Both the position numbers and the translations under genes were made by a program. A DNA stretch of 64,000 nt from a virus: the UHGV virus genome UHGV-0240017, one strand, 5' to 3'. Shown piece by piece: positions 18,514 through 28,950 of this stretch (positions are counted from its first letter, which is position 1; every line of letters begins with the position of its first letter). The notes below the pieces were generated by a model that saw only the letters and a list, made by a program, of their open reading frames with translations, had not been told where the DNA came from and searched no databases.

Positions 18514-19155
18514 TCATAAATCTTCAAAGAAAGTAACAACTGCTTCCGAAAGACTAATTTCGAATAGTCCGAAGGTGTTCTCATCTTCGTATTCTTTACT
18601 AGCTATTAGGGGTAATAATTTAAAACAATCGAAAGCCCCATCAGTAACTTTCAACACACGTGGGATTCTTTTCATCCCTTCTATAAGTTCTGACACCGTT
18701 TCCATAACAGCTTCCGCCGATTTTTCAACGGTTTCATACACAGCTTCGTTTTCTGTTGGTGCGATTAAGTGAAAGAAACAAACTGAATCGTACATCCCAT
18801 TTTCTTTTTCACGCAATGCTACGTGACTATCAAGAAACGCATGGTACGTTACTCCGTCATATTCGGCACATCCGATGTCGCGAGTTTTATGCTTGCCGTT
18901 CAGTTCTTTAGCAATGCTGTCCAGTTTATCTTGGGTTATGTCTTTGAAAACAAACTCACGTGTACCAACTAATAAGCCACCCTTCGCTTGGTCTTTAGGT
19001 TTCTTACCAGAAAGTAAGCGCAACCAGGTAGAAATAGAAATCAGTTCTACCGGATTTAAAGTAACAACTTTACTATTCGGTGCCACCATCGTAACAACAC
19101 CTTTATCCGTAGACACAACACCATCAACAAAATCAGTTAAATTAATGCGGCTCAT
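18514..19155 (-). CDS. hypothetical protein (213 aa)
   Basis: ATG at 19155 with AGGAGA SD; promoter-like motif 50-80 nt upstream; bidirectional terminator at 18487-18510. Confidence 0.7.
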   Translation of the reverse strand: MSRINLTDFVDGVVSTDKGVVTMVAPNSKVVTLNPVELISISTWLRLLSGKKPKDQAKGGLLVGTREFVFKDITQDKLDSIAKELNGKHKTRDIGCAEYDGVTYHAFLDSHVALREKENGMYDSVCFFHLIAPTENEAVYETVEKSAEAVMETVSELIEGMKRIPRVLKVTDGAFDCFKLLPLIASKEYEDENTFGLFEISLSEAVVTFFEDL

Positions 19156-19207
19156 GATATTTCTCCTAAACGTAATAAACAAGTCGTAAAGAGATTACTG
19201 TGTAATC

Positions 19208-19232
19208 TCACCTAGGTAATATATATCTGAAA
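19208..19232 (-). promoter_or_regulatory. phage promoter-like element, second copy of the 10953 motif
   Basis: TCACCTAGGTAATATATATCTGAAA on plus, i.e. TATATATTACC on minus, upstream of 18514..19155. Confidence 0.5.
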
Positions 19233-19246
19233 ATTATTTTAATCGA

Positions 19247-19293
19247 AAAAAAAAAGAAAAGAGAGAACCACCCCATTACAGGGTGGTTCTCTT
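19247..19293 (-). terminator. intrinsic terminator after acidic paralog A
   Basis: AAGAGAACCACCC-TGTAATG-GGGTGGTTCTCTT hairpin followed by T10 on the minus strand. Confidence 0.8.
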
Positions 19294-19309
19294 ACTAAAC
19301 AATCAGGGA

Positions 19310-20575
19310 TTATTTAGATTTTTCGTAAGCGCCGATACCGGCACTCAGGTAACCGTTCAGACCACCGGCCAGGTGTTTCTGAGTAGAAGCAATAACCTTC
19401 TCACCCAGAGACAGACCCTGGTTAACGCTGGTGATGAAACGACGGGCAGCACGTACACCTTCGGTCAGTTCCGGTTTTTCGTCGATCTTAACTTTATCGA
19501 CTTCTTTCAGGAGCTTATCGATATTATCTTCAAAGGTTTTACGCGCGCTTTCGACTTTACGATAATCCTGAACGTTTTTCTCAATCTGTTTACCCACTTC
19601 GTTGAAGAGGGCATTAATTTTGGCCAGTTCGCCAACAGACGGAGTTTTCACGCTAGTTTCAACGCTGTTTTCAGCTTCAACAAAGGTGGAGCTGAAGCCG
19701 CCTTCGTTGTCATACTCGGTTTTCACCGCCATGTTACCGAGCTTGAAGTTTTGGAGACTGTCTTGTTTGGACAGTTCGGTAAAGTCGGCTTTCAGTTTTT
19801 CAACTTTAACACCATTACCTTTGGTAACATCGGAAACCACTTCAGCAGCTTTAGCGGCCATGGCAGGCATCTTAGCGCTATAGAACGAGGAGACCTGGTT
19901 AAGGATACCTTTCAGTTTCGGAATATTATCGCCGACGAACTTGCCGTCGATAGACAGAGACTTGATAAAGCCACCAGAGATCTCATCTTTCTTCTGTTTG
20001 CCCAGCTTACGAATAACTTCATCGTATTTCTTAGCACGCGCCTGAATAGATTTACCCTGGTTGTGGAATTTCAGCCAGCGATCTTTCAGTTTGCGGCCTT
20101 GTTCTTTCAGCCAATCGAGAATACGGCCCAGGAAGGCTTTGATGTCTTCCCACAGGGATTCACGAGCAACCTGACGACGGTTACGAGAACCGTAGGATTC
20201 GTGAGCAACAGAAGAACGGTGTTCGAAGTTCCAACGAGAACGGATAGATTCCTGAGCAACGTCCAGCGCAGTCGCAGCGTCGTCCGGCATATCTTCTTCG
20301 GCGTCCATCGGTTCTTCACCGTCTTCGCCAGCACCTTCACCGTCAGCAGCAGCCTGAGCTTCATCCAGAACATCCAGCTGAGCGTCAGTTTCGTCGCCGT
20401 CTTCTGCCAGCAGTTCAGCGTCAGCGTCCAGAGCTTCGATCGGTTTGGTGTCATGCTCGATATCGGCCAGAGTGCCTTCTACGGATTCTGCTGGCAGTTC
20501 GATGCCGTCTGGAACTACAGTAGAAGTAGACTCCATAGACTCACGAGCAATTTTGTTTTTGTAGAAATTCGCCAT
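19310..20575 (-). CDS. highly expressed acidic protein, paralog A (N-terminal D/E-rich region, K-rich coiled-coil-like middle); possible head scaffold or internal virion protein
   Basis: ATG at 20575 with GAGGAAAAG SD; stop-free antisense strand (codon bias); same architecture as 20658..21929. Confidence 0.65.
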   Translation of the reverse strand: MANFYKNKIARESMESTSTVVPDGIELPAESVEGTLADIEHDTKPIEALDADAELLAEDGDETDAQLDVLDEAQAAADGEGAGEDGEEPMDAEEDMPDDAATALDVAQESIRSRWNFEHRSSVAHESYGSRNRRQVARESLWEDIKAFLGRILDWLKEQGRKLKDRWLKFHNQGKSIQARAKKYDEVIRKLGKQKKDEISGGFIKSLSIDGKFVGDNIPKLKGILNQVSSFYSAKMPAMAAKAAEVVSDVTKGNGVKVEKLKADFTELSKQDSLQNFKLGNMAVKTEYDNEGGFSSTFVEAENSVETSVKTPSVGELAKINALFNEVGKQIEKNVQDYRKVESARKTFEDNIDKLLKEVDKVKIDEKPELTEGVRAARRFITSVNQGLSLGEKVIASTQKHLAGGLNGYLSAGIGAYEKSK

Positions 20576-20657
20576 TTTAAGCTTTTCCTCTAAGGGGAAC
20601 AATACGTTCCCCTGATGATTTATTTCAAGAACTGTACGGAACTACGAATCTAAATGA

Positions 20658-21929
20658 TTATTTAGATTTTTCGTAAGCACCGATACCAGCACCCAGGTAG
20701 CCATTCAGACCGCTAATAACGGTGTTAGCAACATAGCTAACTGCGCGGTTCAGGGTCTGGTAGTTCTTAACAGACCAATCGGCAGCTTGACGTGCGTTAC
20801 GCAGGCCATCCCACTTGCTATCGTCTTTTTCGTTGTTCAGCGCCTTAGCAGCATTCTCAGCAGCCTGTTGCAGCTTCACGATTTCAGAATCGTAAGCACG
20901 GAAATCTTTCAGTACGGCTTCGAAGCCTTTACCGATTGCTTCCAGAGCAGAAGCAGCACCAGCCATTTCAGAAACAGACGGAGTTTTCACGTCTTTATCG
21001 TCAGAAGCGTCACCGGTGCTCATGAAAGCAATTGCGGTGAACTTGTGGCCGCCAGCCAGTTCTTTAGTACCAGCCTGAATGTATGCGTTGCCTGGCAGTG
21101 CCAGCAGTTTAGACGCATCGCCTTTTTCAAAATTCGGCAGAGAATGCAGTTTAGACGCTGCTTTACCGAACAGGTCTACAGGCTGATCGCCGCGCATTGC
21201 TTTGAAGGAATCGTCGTCACCCTTGCTCACAGCAGTTACAGCTTCACCGGCCTGTTTTTCCAGAGCACTGATGGAACCTTTAGCTTTACCAGCAGTAACT
21301 TCTTTCGCAATAGCGATAGAGCCAGCAGCATCGAATTTACCTTCGATAGACAGCTTGGTGATAAACCCGCCAGAGATTTCATCTTTCTTCTGTTTGCCCA
21401 GCTTACGCAGCATTTCCTGATATTTCTTCGCACGTTTCTGCGCGGTCTTACCGACGTTGAAATATTTCAGTTTCAGGTCTTTGATCTTCGCAATCACTTC
21501 TTTACAGAACTGAATGAAACGATCGTAAAGATCTTTCAGGGTTTCTTTCCAACCTTCCTGGGCAGCAGCAGTCATACCACGGCCACGACGATAGGATTCG
21601 CGAGCCAGTTTAGTACGTTCCAGGCACCAACGACGTGCGATGGATTCCTGTGCCACTTCGTGCAGGGCAACCGCTTCTTCCGGCATTTCTTCACCGTTAG
21701 CAACGGCTTCTTCCGCCTGTTCGATAGCGTCTTCAGTACGCTCGGTATCGGCAGCCAGGGTTTCACCGTCGGTTTCCAGCTGATCGAGCTGACCGTCGAT
21801 AGATGCTACGTCCGCAAGTTGGACGTCCAGGTTCTCTTCTGCCGGTTCAACGTTGCTGATACCGTCGATTACTTCATCGGCCGCTTCCATCGATTCACGA
21901 GCGGCGCGAGTTTTTGCGAAATTTGCCAT
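20658..21929 (-). CDS. highly expressed acidic protein, paralog B
   Basis: Starts MANFAKTRAARESME versus MANFYKNKIARESME in paralog A; shares KKYxEx(I/L)RKLGKQKKDEISGGFI and C-terminal GLNGYLxAGIGAYEKSK; stop-free antisense strand. Confidence 0.7.
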   Translation of the reverse strand: MANFAKTRAARESMEAADEVIDGISNVEPAEENLDVQLADVASIDGQLDQLETDGETLAADTERTEDAIEQAEEAVANGEEMPEEAVALHEVAQESIARRWCLERTKLARESYRRGRGMTAAAQEGWKETLKDLYDRFIQFCKEVIAKIKDLKLKYFNVGKTAQKRAKKYQEMLRKLGKQKKDEISGGFITKLSIEGKFDAAGSIAIAKEVTAGKAKGSISALEKQAGEAVTAVSKGDDDSFKAMRGDQPVDLFGKAASKLHSLPNFEKGDASKLLALPGNAYIQAGTKELAGGHKFTAIAFMSTGDASDDKDVKTPSVSEMAGAASALEAIGKGFEAVLKDFRAYDSEIVKLQQAAENAAKALNNEKDDSKWDGLRNARQAADWSVKNYQTLNRAVSYVANTVISGLNGYLGAGIGAYEKSK

Positions 21930-21944
21930 TTCGTTTATTTCCTT

Positions 21945-21956
21945 TGGTTATATAAC
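21945..21956 (-). promoter_or_regulatory. GGTTATATAACC palindrome, possible promoter variant for acidic paralog B
   Basis: TATATAACC resembles TATATTACC; about 20 nt upstream of the 21929 ATG. Confidence 0.3.
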
Positions 21957-21988
21957 CCAATTACACGCCCCTAGAATGAGGGGCCCCC

Positions 21989-22549
21989 TTAGGGACGTGC
22001 GATTTTCAAAAACACTGCTAACGACGAGATCATGTCGGACAACCCGTTCGGGCGCGTCATCCAGCGTGCCAGCAGTTCATGGTCTGCATAAGATAAAAGA
22101 CGTTTGCTACACTCAACAGATTGGTGAGCAGAGCCCATATTACGTACAGTACCTCGGCGACCAAACGCAGCAGCTAATAGACGCGAGCCTAATGCACCCG
22201 TCTGTTCAACATTCTTCGTGTTACGAACATCGTTCATATACGACGACAGCAAAGTCGACCACTGCCCTAACGTCACATTACGTCGCTTACCATCCAGCAA
22301 GAAATCTACACTTTCGTTATAAAACGTATTAAAGGTAAATCCGACCTGCGGATATTCGTCATATAATACCTGCTGCAATGAGTCAGCAGCCATCAGACGA
22401 AAATACGGTAAAACAACGGCAGCGGCTTCCAGCGTTTTGTGAATAACTTCGTCATCGTGTGTGTCGATTGGGTTTTTCGATAAAATCGACATGTAGGATT
22501 TAATGCGCTCTACAGCAACATTAAATTCTGGACTATCGTGCTCAAACAT
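21989..22549 (-). CDS. hypothetical protein (186 aa)
   Basis: ATG with AGGAGAGG SD. Confidence 0.7.
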   Translation of the reverse strand: MFEHDSPEFNVAVERIKSYMSILSKNPIDTHDDEVIHKTLEAAAVVLPYFRLMAADSLQQVLYDEYPQVGFTFNTFYNESVDFLLDGKRRNVTLGQWSTLLSSYMNDVRNTKNVEQTGALGSRLLAAAFGRRGTVRNMGSAHQSVECSKRLLSYADHELLARWMTRPNGLSDMISSLAVFLKIARP

Positions 22550-22566
22550 TCGCCTCTCCTAACGGT

Positions 22567-23502
22567 TTACGCTAAACCGTATTTCTTTTCAAGACGCTCA
22601 CGCTTGTGCTTGAGTTCCATCAGATGCTTTTCACTGATTTCAATCAGTTTCTCAATGTGGGCATCACCCTTACCTTCTGCGACTTGCTTTTTGTAAAGCA
22701 AGATACGCAGTTCCGCCGCTTTCGCCGCTTCTACACACTCGTCGTACTTATCCATCTGCCGTTCAGCGATATTCAAACGTACGCGCAATATCAGCGAGAT
22801 TGGGAACGGTACACTACTCATTCCCAGTGGGTCAACGGAGCTCGAACCGAACTGTTGCGCCAACTCACCGTAAGTTTCGTCGTTAAAGATCGCTTCAGGA
22901 ATTTCCGCATAATCCGCTTTCAGTTTATTCAGCGGCGTTGCCAGCACACGGACAGCAATGCAGTAAGAAATAGAACGAGTATTGAGGTATTGAAGGTCAT
23001 TCGGACCGACGCCTTTTACTTCAATATTCGAGCCTTCTACGGCGGCTATTTCTTCTGCGGTTACGTAGTTAAGTAAGGTGGCACTGTAGCCTGTAAAGAA
23101 GTCAATCAGGTCAAGCAGTCTGAGCACCGTTAATTTATTAAACGTCATTGAAGACGTGACTAACGCTTTACCAATGTCACGCGTAATACATTGGTCTAAG
23201 AAAGAACGCAATTGTAGCGTGTTTTCCATCGAGGCAACGATGTATTCCAGCATCGAAGGATTACGGAGACCTTTGGCTTCCAGACCGGAATTCCGCAGGT
23301 ACTTAACCAAATCATCCGACATGTCCTGCACCGTTTTCGATTTAAACGGCTTGCCTTCTTTCGACGCTACCAGCTCTTGCAGAGACTGGAAACGTGGTAA
23401 AAGTTGTTCACCAATCGCATCACAGTTTGATGAGAGTTGGTTTTTCAAGTTTGTTGCTTCAAAGCTCGGCAACAACATAGCGAGCATATTCGGGATTGCC
23501 AT
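22567..23502 (-). CDS. hypothetical protein (311 aa)
   Basis: ATG start; contiguous operon-like packing. Confidence 0.7.
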   Translation of the reverse strand: MAIPNMLAMLLPSFEATNLKNQLSSNCDAIGEQLLPRFQSLQELVASKEGKPFKSKTVQDMSDDLVKYLRNSGLEAKGLRNPSMLEYIVASMENTLQLRSFLDQCITRDIGKALVTSSMTFNKLTVLRLLDLIDFFTGYSATLLNYVTAEEIAAVEGSNIEVKGVGPNDLQYLNTRSISYCIAVRVLATPLNKLKADYAEIPEAIFNDETYGELAQQFGSSSVDPLGMSSVPFPISLILRVRLNIAERQMDKYDECVEAAKAAELRILLYKKQVAEGKGDAHIEKLIEISEKHLMELKHKRERLEKKYGLA

Positions 23503-23512
23503 GCCTTACCCC

Positions 23513-24619
23513 TTAAAGAACTGGCTGAGCGCCAGAGCGATACGCTTCGATGATTTTATTCACATCGGCGCTACCAGACTTCGATTTACTAAAGTCAGAT
23601 TTATCGAGTTCCTGAGAGCCATTCTGACCACGGGTATAAATAGTGACACGATTCCAGGTGGTGTCCACAACAACATAGTAGACAGTCAAGGTGTCTTTGA
23701 ACACACGCTGACGGATATTGAAATCGTCAAATTCGCCACCTAGCTGTGCGGTCAAACCGTCGATAGTGTCTTGAGAAACCACCATAACGGAAGAAGCGTT
23801 ATTGATAGACGGTGCCAAAGACAGCAGACCAGACAGCCAGTTACCGTTCTTCTTCTCCATCATCTTACGGTAATAACCGGACTTATCACGATAACGGTTC
23901 TTACGATATTCTTCTACCAGGTCGTTACAGAACGCAATGTCTTTTACGTAACCCAACGCACCAACGCGCGCACGCAGCCAACGTTCCCAGAATGTTTTCG
24001 TCTGGTCACTGAACGCAATCAGCGTTTCAATTTGTTCGGTCGGTAAGGATTTCACATCCAAACGTAGGCGCATTGGGAGTTCGACTTTATTACCGTCACG
24101 TTCGAATGTTACTGAGAACATCTTCCCGTTGGACAACCCTTCTTGATCGAAAAGCTGTTTAATCGGATCACCTTTCCCGCCACTGACCGAACCTTTTGAT
24201 TCCTGAGCAACACGACGAGCAGATTCACCGACCGCAATGCCGATTTTATCGTATGACGGTAAACCATAACGGGCAGACTCGCCGACCGCAAGCGCTGCTA
24301 AGCGGGAACCGCTGCGGACTGCATTATCGAGCGCACTACGACGTGTGCTGACCTGATCCAGTGTACCGATAATATCGACATCCGGTACACCAGTTAACAG
24401 GGAGATAGCCGTTAATTGGTTTCCTGCCAGCAAAATTTGGATTTTCTCCAGAATTCCCGGAAGGTAATCTAAACCCAGCAGGCTTTGTTCGACTAAGGTA
24501 ATGTGCTCGTTATAGAGCACTGAGTTAAATTCCTCCATCGACTCCGCACGCGAACGAAACAGCATGGGAAGTCTGGAGAGGAAAGAGACAACGCTTGTCT
24601 CAAACGTTTTTTCTAACAT
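23513..24619 (-). CDS. hypothetical protein (368 aa)
   Basis: ATG start; divergent from plus-strand gene at 24646. Confidence 0.7.
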   Translation of the reverse strand: MLEKTFETSVVSFLSRLPMLFRSRAESMEEFNSVLYNEHITLVEQSLLGLDYLPGILEKIQILLAGNQLTAISLLTGVPDVDIIGTLDQVSTRRSALDNAVRSGSRLAALAVGESARYGLPSYDKIGIAVGESARRVAQESKGSVSGGKGDPIKQLFDQEGLSNGKMFSVTFERDGNKVELPMRLRLDVKSLPTEQIETLIAFSDQTKTFWERWLRARVGALGYVKDIAFCNDLVEEYRKNRYRDKSGYYRKMMEKKNGNWLSGLLSLAPSINNASSVMVVSQDTIDGLTAQLGGEFDDFNIRQRVFKDTLTVYYVVVDTTWNRVTIYTRGQNGSQELDKSDFSKSKSGSADVNKIIEAYRSGAQPVL

Positions 24620-24645
24620 TTTCCTAATGAACTCCGGAGTTAAAG

Positions 24646-25944
24646 ATGAGTGACGAGACAGATAAGAACGATCCGGGGTATGACCCGAATACTGATTACG
24701 ACGATTCTCTCCACAATCCGAATAATGCGGACGCAGTGCCTTCGGTCGCAGGGTATTTCGACGGACGGATTAGTAATGCTAACCCCCCGACGCCTTACGA
24801 CGCTAATACTGAACTTACGGCATGGAACGATCGTATCCGTCTTACTGTAGGTTTGGGTCTTGCTGCGCAGCGTTTGACCAACCCCTACATGGGGTTCAAC
24901 CATATGATGGCGTCTAACCCCACGCCAATCAACCGAGAATACGGTGGACTAACTTTTATTACCCGGCCCGATTTTAACCTGTGCTACGACAACATTGCTA
25001 AGTCTCGTAAAATGTCGAACATGGCAATGCAGCCAAAGGACTCCATAGATTATTCGATTTTAGCTGCGCTTGACCCCGATTTTGAACTCGGATTTACGGA
25101 CGCACCTATGGAAAACGGTAGGCGGAAAAATCGCTTAGGTACACCGTTTATGCCTCAAGTAAAATTCGATAATCTACAAGCGTTCATACCAATACTCAGT
25201 ACGCAGCTGATTAGCCTTAGTGGTGCACCCGATCAATCGATTGATAACTGGATGGCAAGTGAAGGTTTAATGCGTGAACAGTGGGGGATGGTTGACTCTA
25301 CCCACGAAGTTAACAACAGCTTTTCCATCAGCATGTCATTAAACAACCCCTATGGCGACCCATTAATGAAAATGATGGGGGTGTGGCTGGAGTATATGTC
25401 TGGTGTGAAGATGGGTAAATTCCGTCCGAAAATGCGTAACTCCATTCAACGCAGAATCGATTATCAATCGCGAATTTACGGGATGCGTTACGATGCCTTA
25501 GGGAACATCACCCGTTTCTGGACGATTTGTGTCGCATGGCCGATGAACGATAACGCGGGACAAATGGCGAACGTTGATAACTCCAAACCGCAGTTAAACG
25601 ACGATGTTACGATTACTATTAACTGGCAAGCTATCGGTGCACGGTTTAACGATCCGCTATACATGGAAATGTTTAACCGCACCGTTTCCATTTTTAATCC
25701 AGATATGTTGCCGCAACCCGGTTCTATCCAGTCGGGCAACTTCATCCCGATTGCCAGTGACCAATTAGTCCCCATCGCGCCACAATTACTGCCGTTGTTT
25801 AACTATTACGGTTATCCGCACATCGATTCCGTACGACGCAAACTTACCTGGTATGTTTACCAGGCAGACTACCAACATATTCTCAAGAAAGCGGGATTAC
25901 TGGATAACGCTAATGCCGCTTCACTACCGACAGGTAATAACTGA
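24646..25944 (+). CDS. hypothetical protein (432 aa)
   Basis: ATG with GGAG SD; translationally coupled to next gene (TGATG). Confidence 0.7.
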   Translation: MSDETDKNDPGYDPNTDYDDSLHNPNNADAVPSVAGYFDGRISNANPPTPYDANTELTAWNDRIRLTVGLGLAAQRLTNPYMGFNHMMASNPTPINREYGGLTFITRPDFNLCYDNIAKSRKMSNMAMQPKDSIDYSILAALDPDFELGFTDAPMENGRRKNRLGTPFMPQVKFDNLQAFIPILSTQLISLSGAPDQSIDNWMASEGLMREQWGMVDSTHEVNNSFSISMSLNNPYGDPLMKMMGVWLEYMSGVKMGKFRPKMRNSIQRRIDYQSRIYGMRYDALGNITRFWTICVAWPMNDNAGQMANVDNSKPQLNDDVTITINWQAIGARFNDPLYMEMFNRTVSIFNPDMLPQPGSIQSGNFIPIASDQLVPIAPQLLPLFNYYGYPHIDSVRRKLTWYVYQADYQHILKKAGLLDNANAASLPTGNN

Positions 25945-28898
25945 TGAGTTCTACGACTTACGATACTTTGGCAAAGAACATATTGTTGTTTGCCCACCAT
26001 CCGGCAGCGATGCAAACACTGCTCTTGAATCAGCTTCTGGATGTAGAAGACGCCGAAGGCCAAATAGTGTTACGTGACCCAACAGACCCTGTTGTTTATT
26101 TGGCGGAAATGGGGACAATGTTGGGCCATGCAACGCTTATGGGGTTGCAAGAATCGGTGCCAAAGACATTTCCATCGATGGCACAAACGTACGATGACCT
26201 GTTCCGACATATGTCCGATGTGGACTACGTTGATGTGTTCGCCCAACCTTCAACCACCGAGTTGTTGTTATTAATCGATGTTGATAGCTTAATCTCCAAG
26301 GCGTACCCTTTACAAATAGCGGGCGTGCGTAAGGTTGTTATCCCACGAGACACAATTTTCACGGTGTCAGGTTACACCTTTGCCATCCAGTATCCGATTG
26401 AAATCAGGGTACTTCCTTACGGTACCAATGAAAACCCGGCGTTTCAGGTTCTTTGGATTACCGAAACACAGTCACCTATTTCTCCTGTGTCGACGAATGC
26501 GCTGGATTGGGAGTTGACGTCGTCTAACACCACGGCTTCGCAACTACTGGCAATCCATATCCCGGTCATGCAGTATGCGGTGAAAAACGAAAGTGACACC
26601 GTTGCGGGGAAAAATACCTTTGTCATGACCCGTCATTACACTAACAAATTTTTCTACGTAAGGGTGTGGATGAAATCAACCAACGATAACAAGTGGGTTG
26701 AAATTCAACATACGCACAGTCGTGACGTTTACGACCCCAACACCCCAACCGCGTTAATCCAGGTCGGTGACGGTGTTATACGGTGTACTATCCCCTCGAT
26801 CTACATGGCGAAGAATTTGGTCAGCGGCGAAATTCGTATGGATATCTACACGACCTTAGGGCCTTTAAGTGTCGATATCTCAGCTTATCCGTCTGACGAA
26901 TACACGTTTACATTGCGTGATTTAAACGGCGAATACGACGAAAACTACGTTAACCCGATTAAGAGTTTTTCCATCAAACAGATGGCTGCAAAAGCAGGTA
27001 AAATGTTATCAGGTGGTCGTAGCCAGCTCACGTTCGAAGATTTGCGTACACGTGTAGTCAATAACGCTGTAGGTGCACGAAAACTCCCTGTAACGGAGAA
27101 ACAATTAGAGGCAACGGTTTCTGACTACGGTCTAACGTTGTCGAAACCAAACGACTATGTTACTAGCCGTACATACTTCTTAACGGCACCGATGCTCGAA
27201 TCGACAATTCCCAATGTCAGTTCTCCCATCGGGACGATCACGGCACCGTTCTATTTCTCCTGGAATGAATTGGTTAATCTACCGACGGTAAAGGTTAACG
27301 GTAATCGCCTGACGATTCTTCCTGACACACTTTATCGGTTCACCGACACCAGCCTGACGGTTGATGCGGAGATGACGGTCTTGGCAAAAACCATGCGTAA
27401 AGAAGATTTGATTAATGCGGCCAACGCTAATCGTTATCTCTTTACACCATTCCATTACGTTGTGGATATCAACAATAAAGCCATTGACGTTCGTATTTAT
27501 CAATTAGATAAACCGACGTTAAACTCCAAACGCTTTATCGCCACTAACGTAAGCACGGAACTCAGTGTGGTAACAGCCGACTACACTATCGAAAAGACCG
27601 AAGCCGGTTATGTATTGCGCACCGTAACGAAGTCAGAGGCACCTTATCAAGCACTGACCGACGACCAAGTTTTTGCACAGCTATCGTTCCGTCCACGTAA
27701 CGCAGACAACACTTTAGCGTACATCAACGGTACGTTAGTCGGTAAACAGGGTAGTGAACGCGTATGGGAATTCCTGTTGGAAACCAACCTGGACGTCGAC
27801 CGTAATGACGAATTGGTGCTAACGAACACACGCATTAGTAGTAGCACAGCCACGGAAACGCCTGTACCGCTGACAACGGACTTCAACCTGTTCTACGGCT
27901 GCACCGGTTATTATCCTGGTAATTACGAACGTGCGGAAATGGATGCGTTAATCACTGCCCCGTCACGCGATGCTATTGGTATTACTCACGAGATTTTCAA
28001 AATCGAATTGGGTAAAGCAATGACGTACTACTGGCGTAAAGCGCGTGCTGTTACTGACAGCATTAACTACCAGTATTACGAAAAAGACGTGATGGCAACG
28101 TGGGAAATCGATGTGGTTAAACGCGATGAGAACGGTGTACCAATCTACACCTACGACGCAGGTCGCACGCCGCCACTACAGATTACGTACGAGCATCGTA
28201 AAGGTGATCCTAAACTCGACGAGGCTGGAGAACAGATCGTCCTACATCGTGAAGGAGACTTAGTTAAAGACGAGTTCGGCAATCCGAAAATTGCGAAATC
28301 GCGTTCTATCAAATTCCGTAGTGAGATGGCGGTATTCGATGCGCGATATAAATTCGCGACGACACCTTCTGCAAAATCGTATCTGAATGAAGTTATCGAA
28401 AACATCGTTAACTACGTCACGGTAATACTCCCGACTTTGAAGCCTATGTTGTTAGAACGCACCGAAGGTTACTTTGTGCCGATTACAACAATGGGGTATA
28501 TCGACGCTCGTACAGAGGACGGGGTAGTAACACCTGTCCCTGCGGAAAACCAGTTCACAGTACGCTATTACCTAACGGCTGCTAACCGTAATAACACCGA
28601 GCTCTTAACGCAGATTCGTAAGAAAACTTCTCAGGTTATCAACGATTACTTGGGTAGCCATCTAACAATCTCTGCAACAGAAATCGGTAATGCGTTGAGT
28701 GAAACCCTCGATGCGTCTATTATCGGTGTTGAACTCGATGCTATGGGACCAGATAAAGACATGCGTCTCTTTACCGTTGTCTCAGAAGCATCAAGAGCAA
28801 CTATAGGTAAAAAGCTGGACATTGAGGCCAGCGGCGACATCGGGCTTAAAGACGATATCGTTATTGTTTATAATCGCCACGATACTACCGCCGATTAA
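25944..28898 (+). CDS. large hypothetical protein (984 aa), possibly a virion structural protein
   Basis: Long ORF, start overlaps upstream stop; strong terminator downstream. Confidence 0.7.
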   Translation: MSSTTYDTLAKNILLFAHHPAAMQTLLLNQLLDVEDAEGQIVLRDPTDPVVYLAEMGTMLGHATLMGLQESVPKTFPSMAQTYDDLFRHMSDVDYVDVFAQPSTTELLLLIDVDSLISKAYPLQIAGVRKVVIPRDTIFTVSGYTFAIQYPIEIRVLPYGTNENPAFQVLWITETQSPISPVSTNALDWELTSSNTTASQLLAIHIPVMQYAVKNESDTVAGKNTFVMTRHYTNKFFYVRVWMKSTNDNKWVEIQHTHSRDVYDPNTPTALIQVGDGVIRCTIPSIYMAKNLVSGEIRMDIYTTLGPLSVDISAYPSDEYTFTLRDLNGEYDENYVNPIKSFSIKQMAAKAGKMLSGGRSQLTFEDLRTRVVNNAVGARKLPVTEKQLEATVSDYGLTLSKPNDYVTSRTYFLTAPMLESTIPNVSSPIGTITAPFYFSWNELVNLPTVKVNGNRLTILPDTLYRFTDTSLTVDAEMTVLAKTMRKEDLINAANANRYLFTPFHYVVDINNKAIDVRIYQLDKPTLNSKRFIATNVSTELSVVTADYTIEKTEAGYVLRTVTKSEAPYQALTDDQVFAQLSFRPRNADNTLAYINGTLVGKQGSERVWEFLLETNLDVDRNDELVLTNTRISSSTATETPVPLTTDFNLFYGCTGYYPGNYERAEMDALITAPSRDAIGITHEIFKIELGKAMTYYWRKARAVTDSINYQYYEKDVMATWEIDVVKRDENGVPIYTYDAGRTPPLQITYEHRKGDPKLDEAGEQIVLHREGDLVKDEFGNPKIAKSRSIKFRSEMAVFDARYKFATTPSAKSYLNEVIENIVNYVTVILPTLKPMLLERTEGYFVPITTMGYIDARTEDGVVTPVPAENQFTVRYYLTAANRNNTELLTQIRKKTSQVINDYLGSHLTISATEIGNALSETLDASIIGVELDAMGPDKDMRLFTVVSEASRATIGKKLDIEASGDIGLKDDIVIVYNRHDTTAD

Positions 28899-28916
28899 GA
28901 AAAAAAATAATAAAAG

Positions 28917-28946
28917 TTACCCTACTCCTCCGGGAGTAGGGTAATC
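28917..28946. terminator. bidirectional terminator GTTACCCTACTCC-TCCG-GGAGTAGGGTAAT (copy 1)
   Basis: At a convergent gene junction with A-run before and T-run after; near-identical copy at 34276. Confidence 0.8.
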
Positions 28947-28950
28947 TTTT

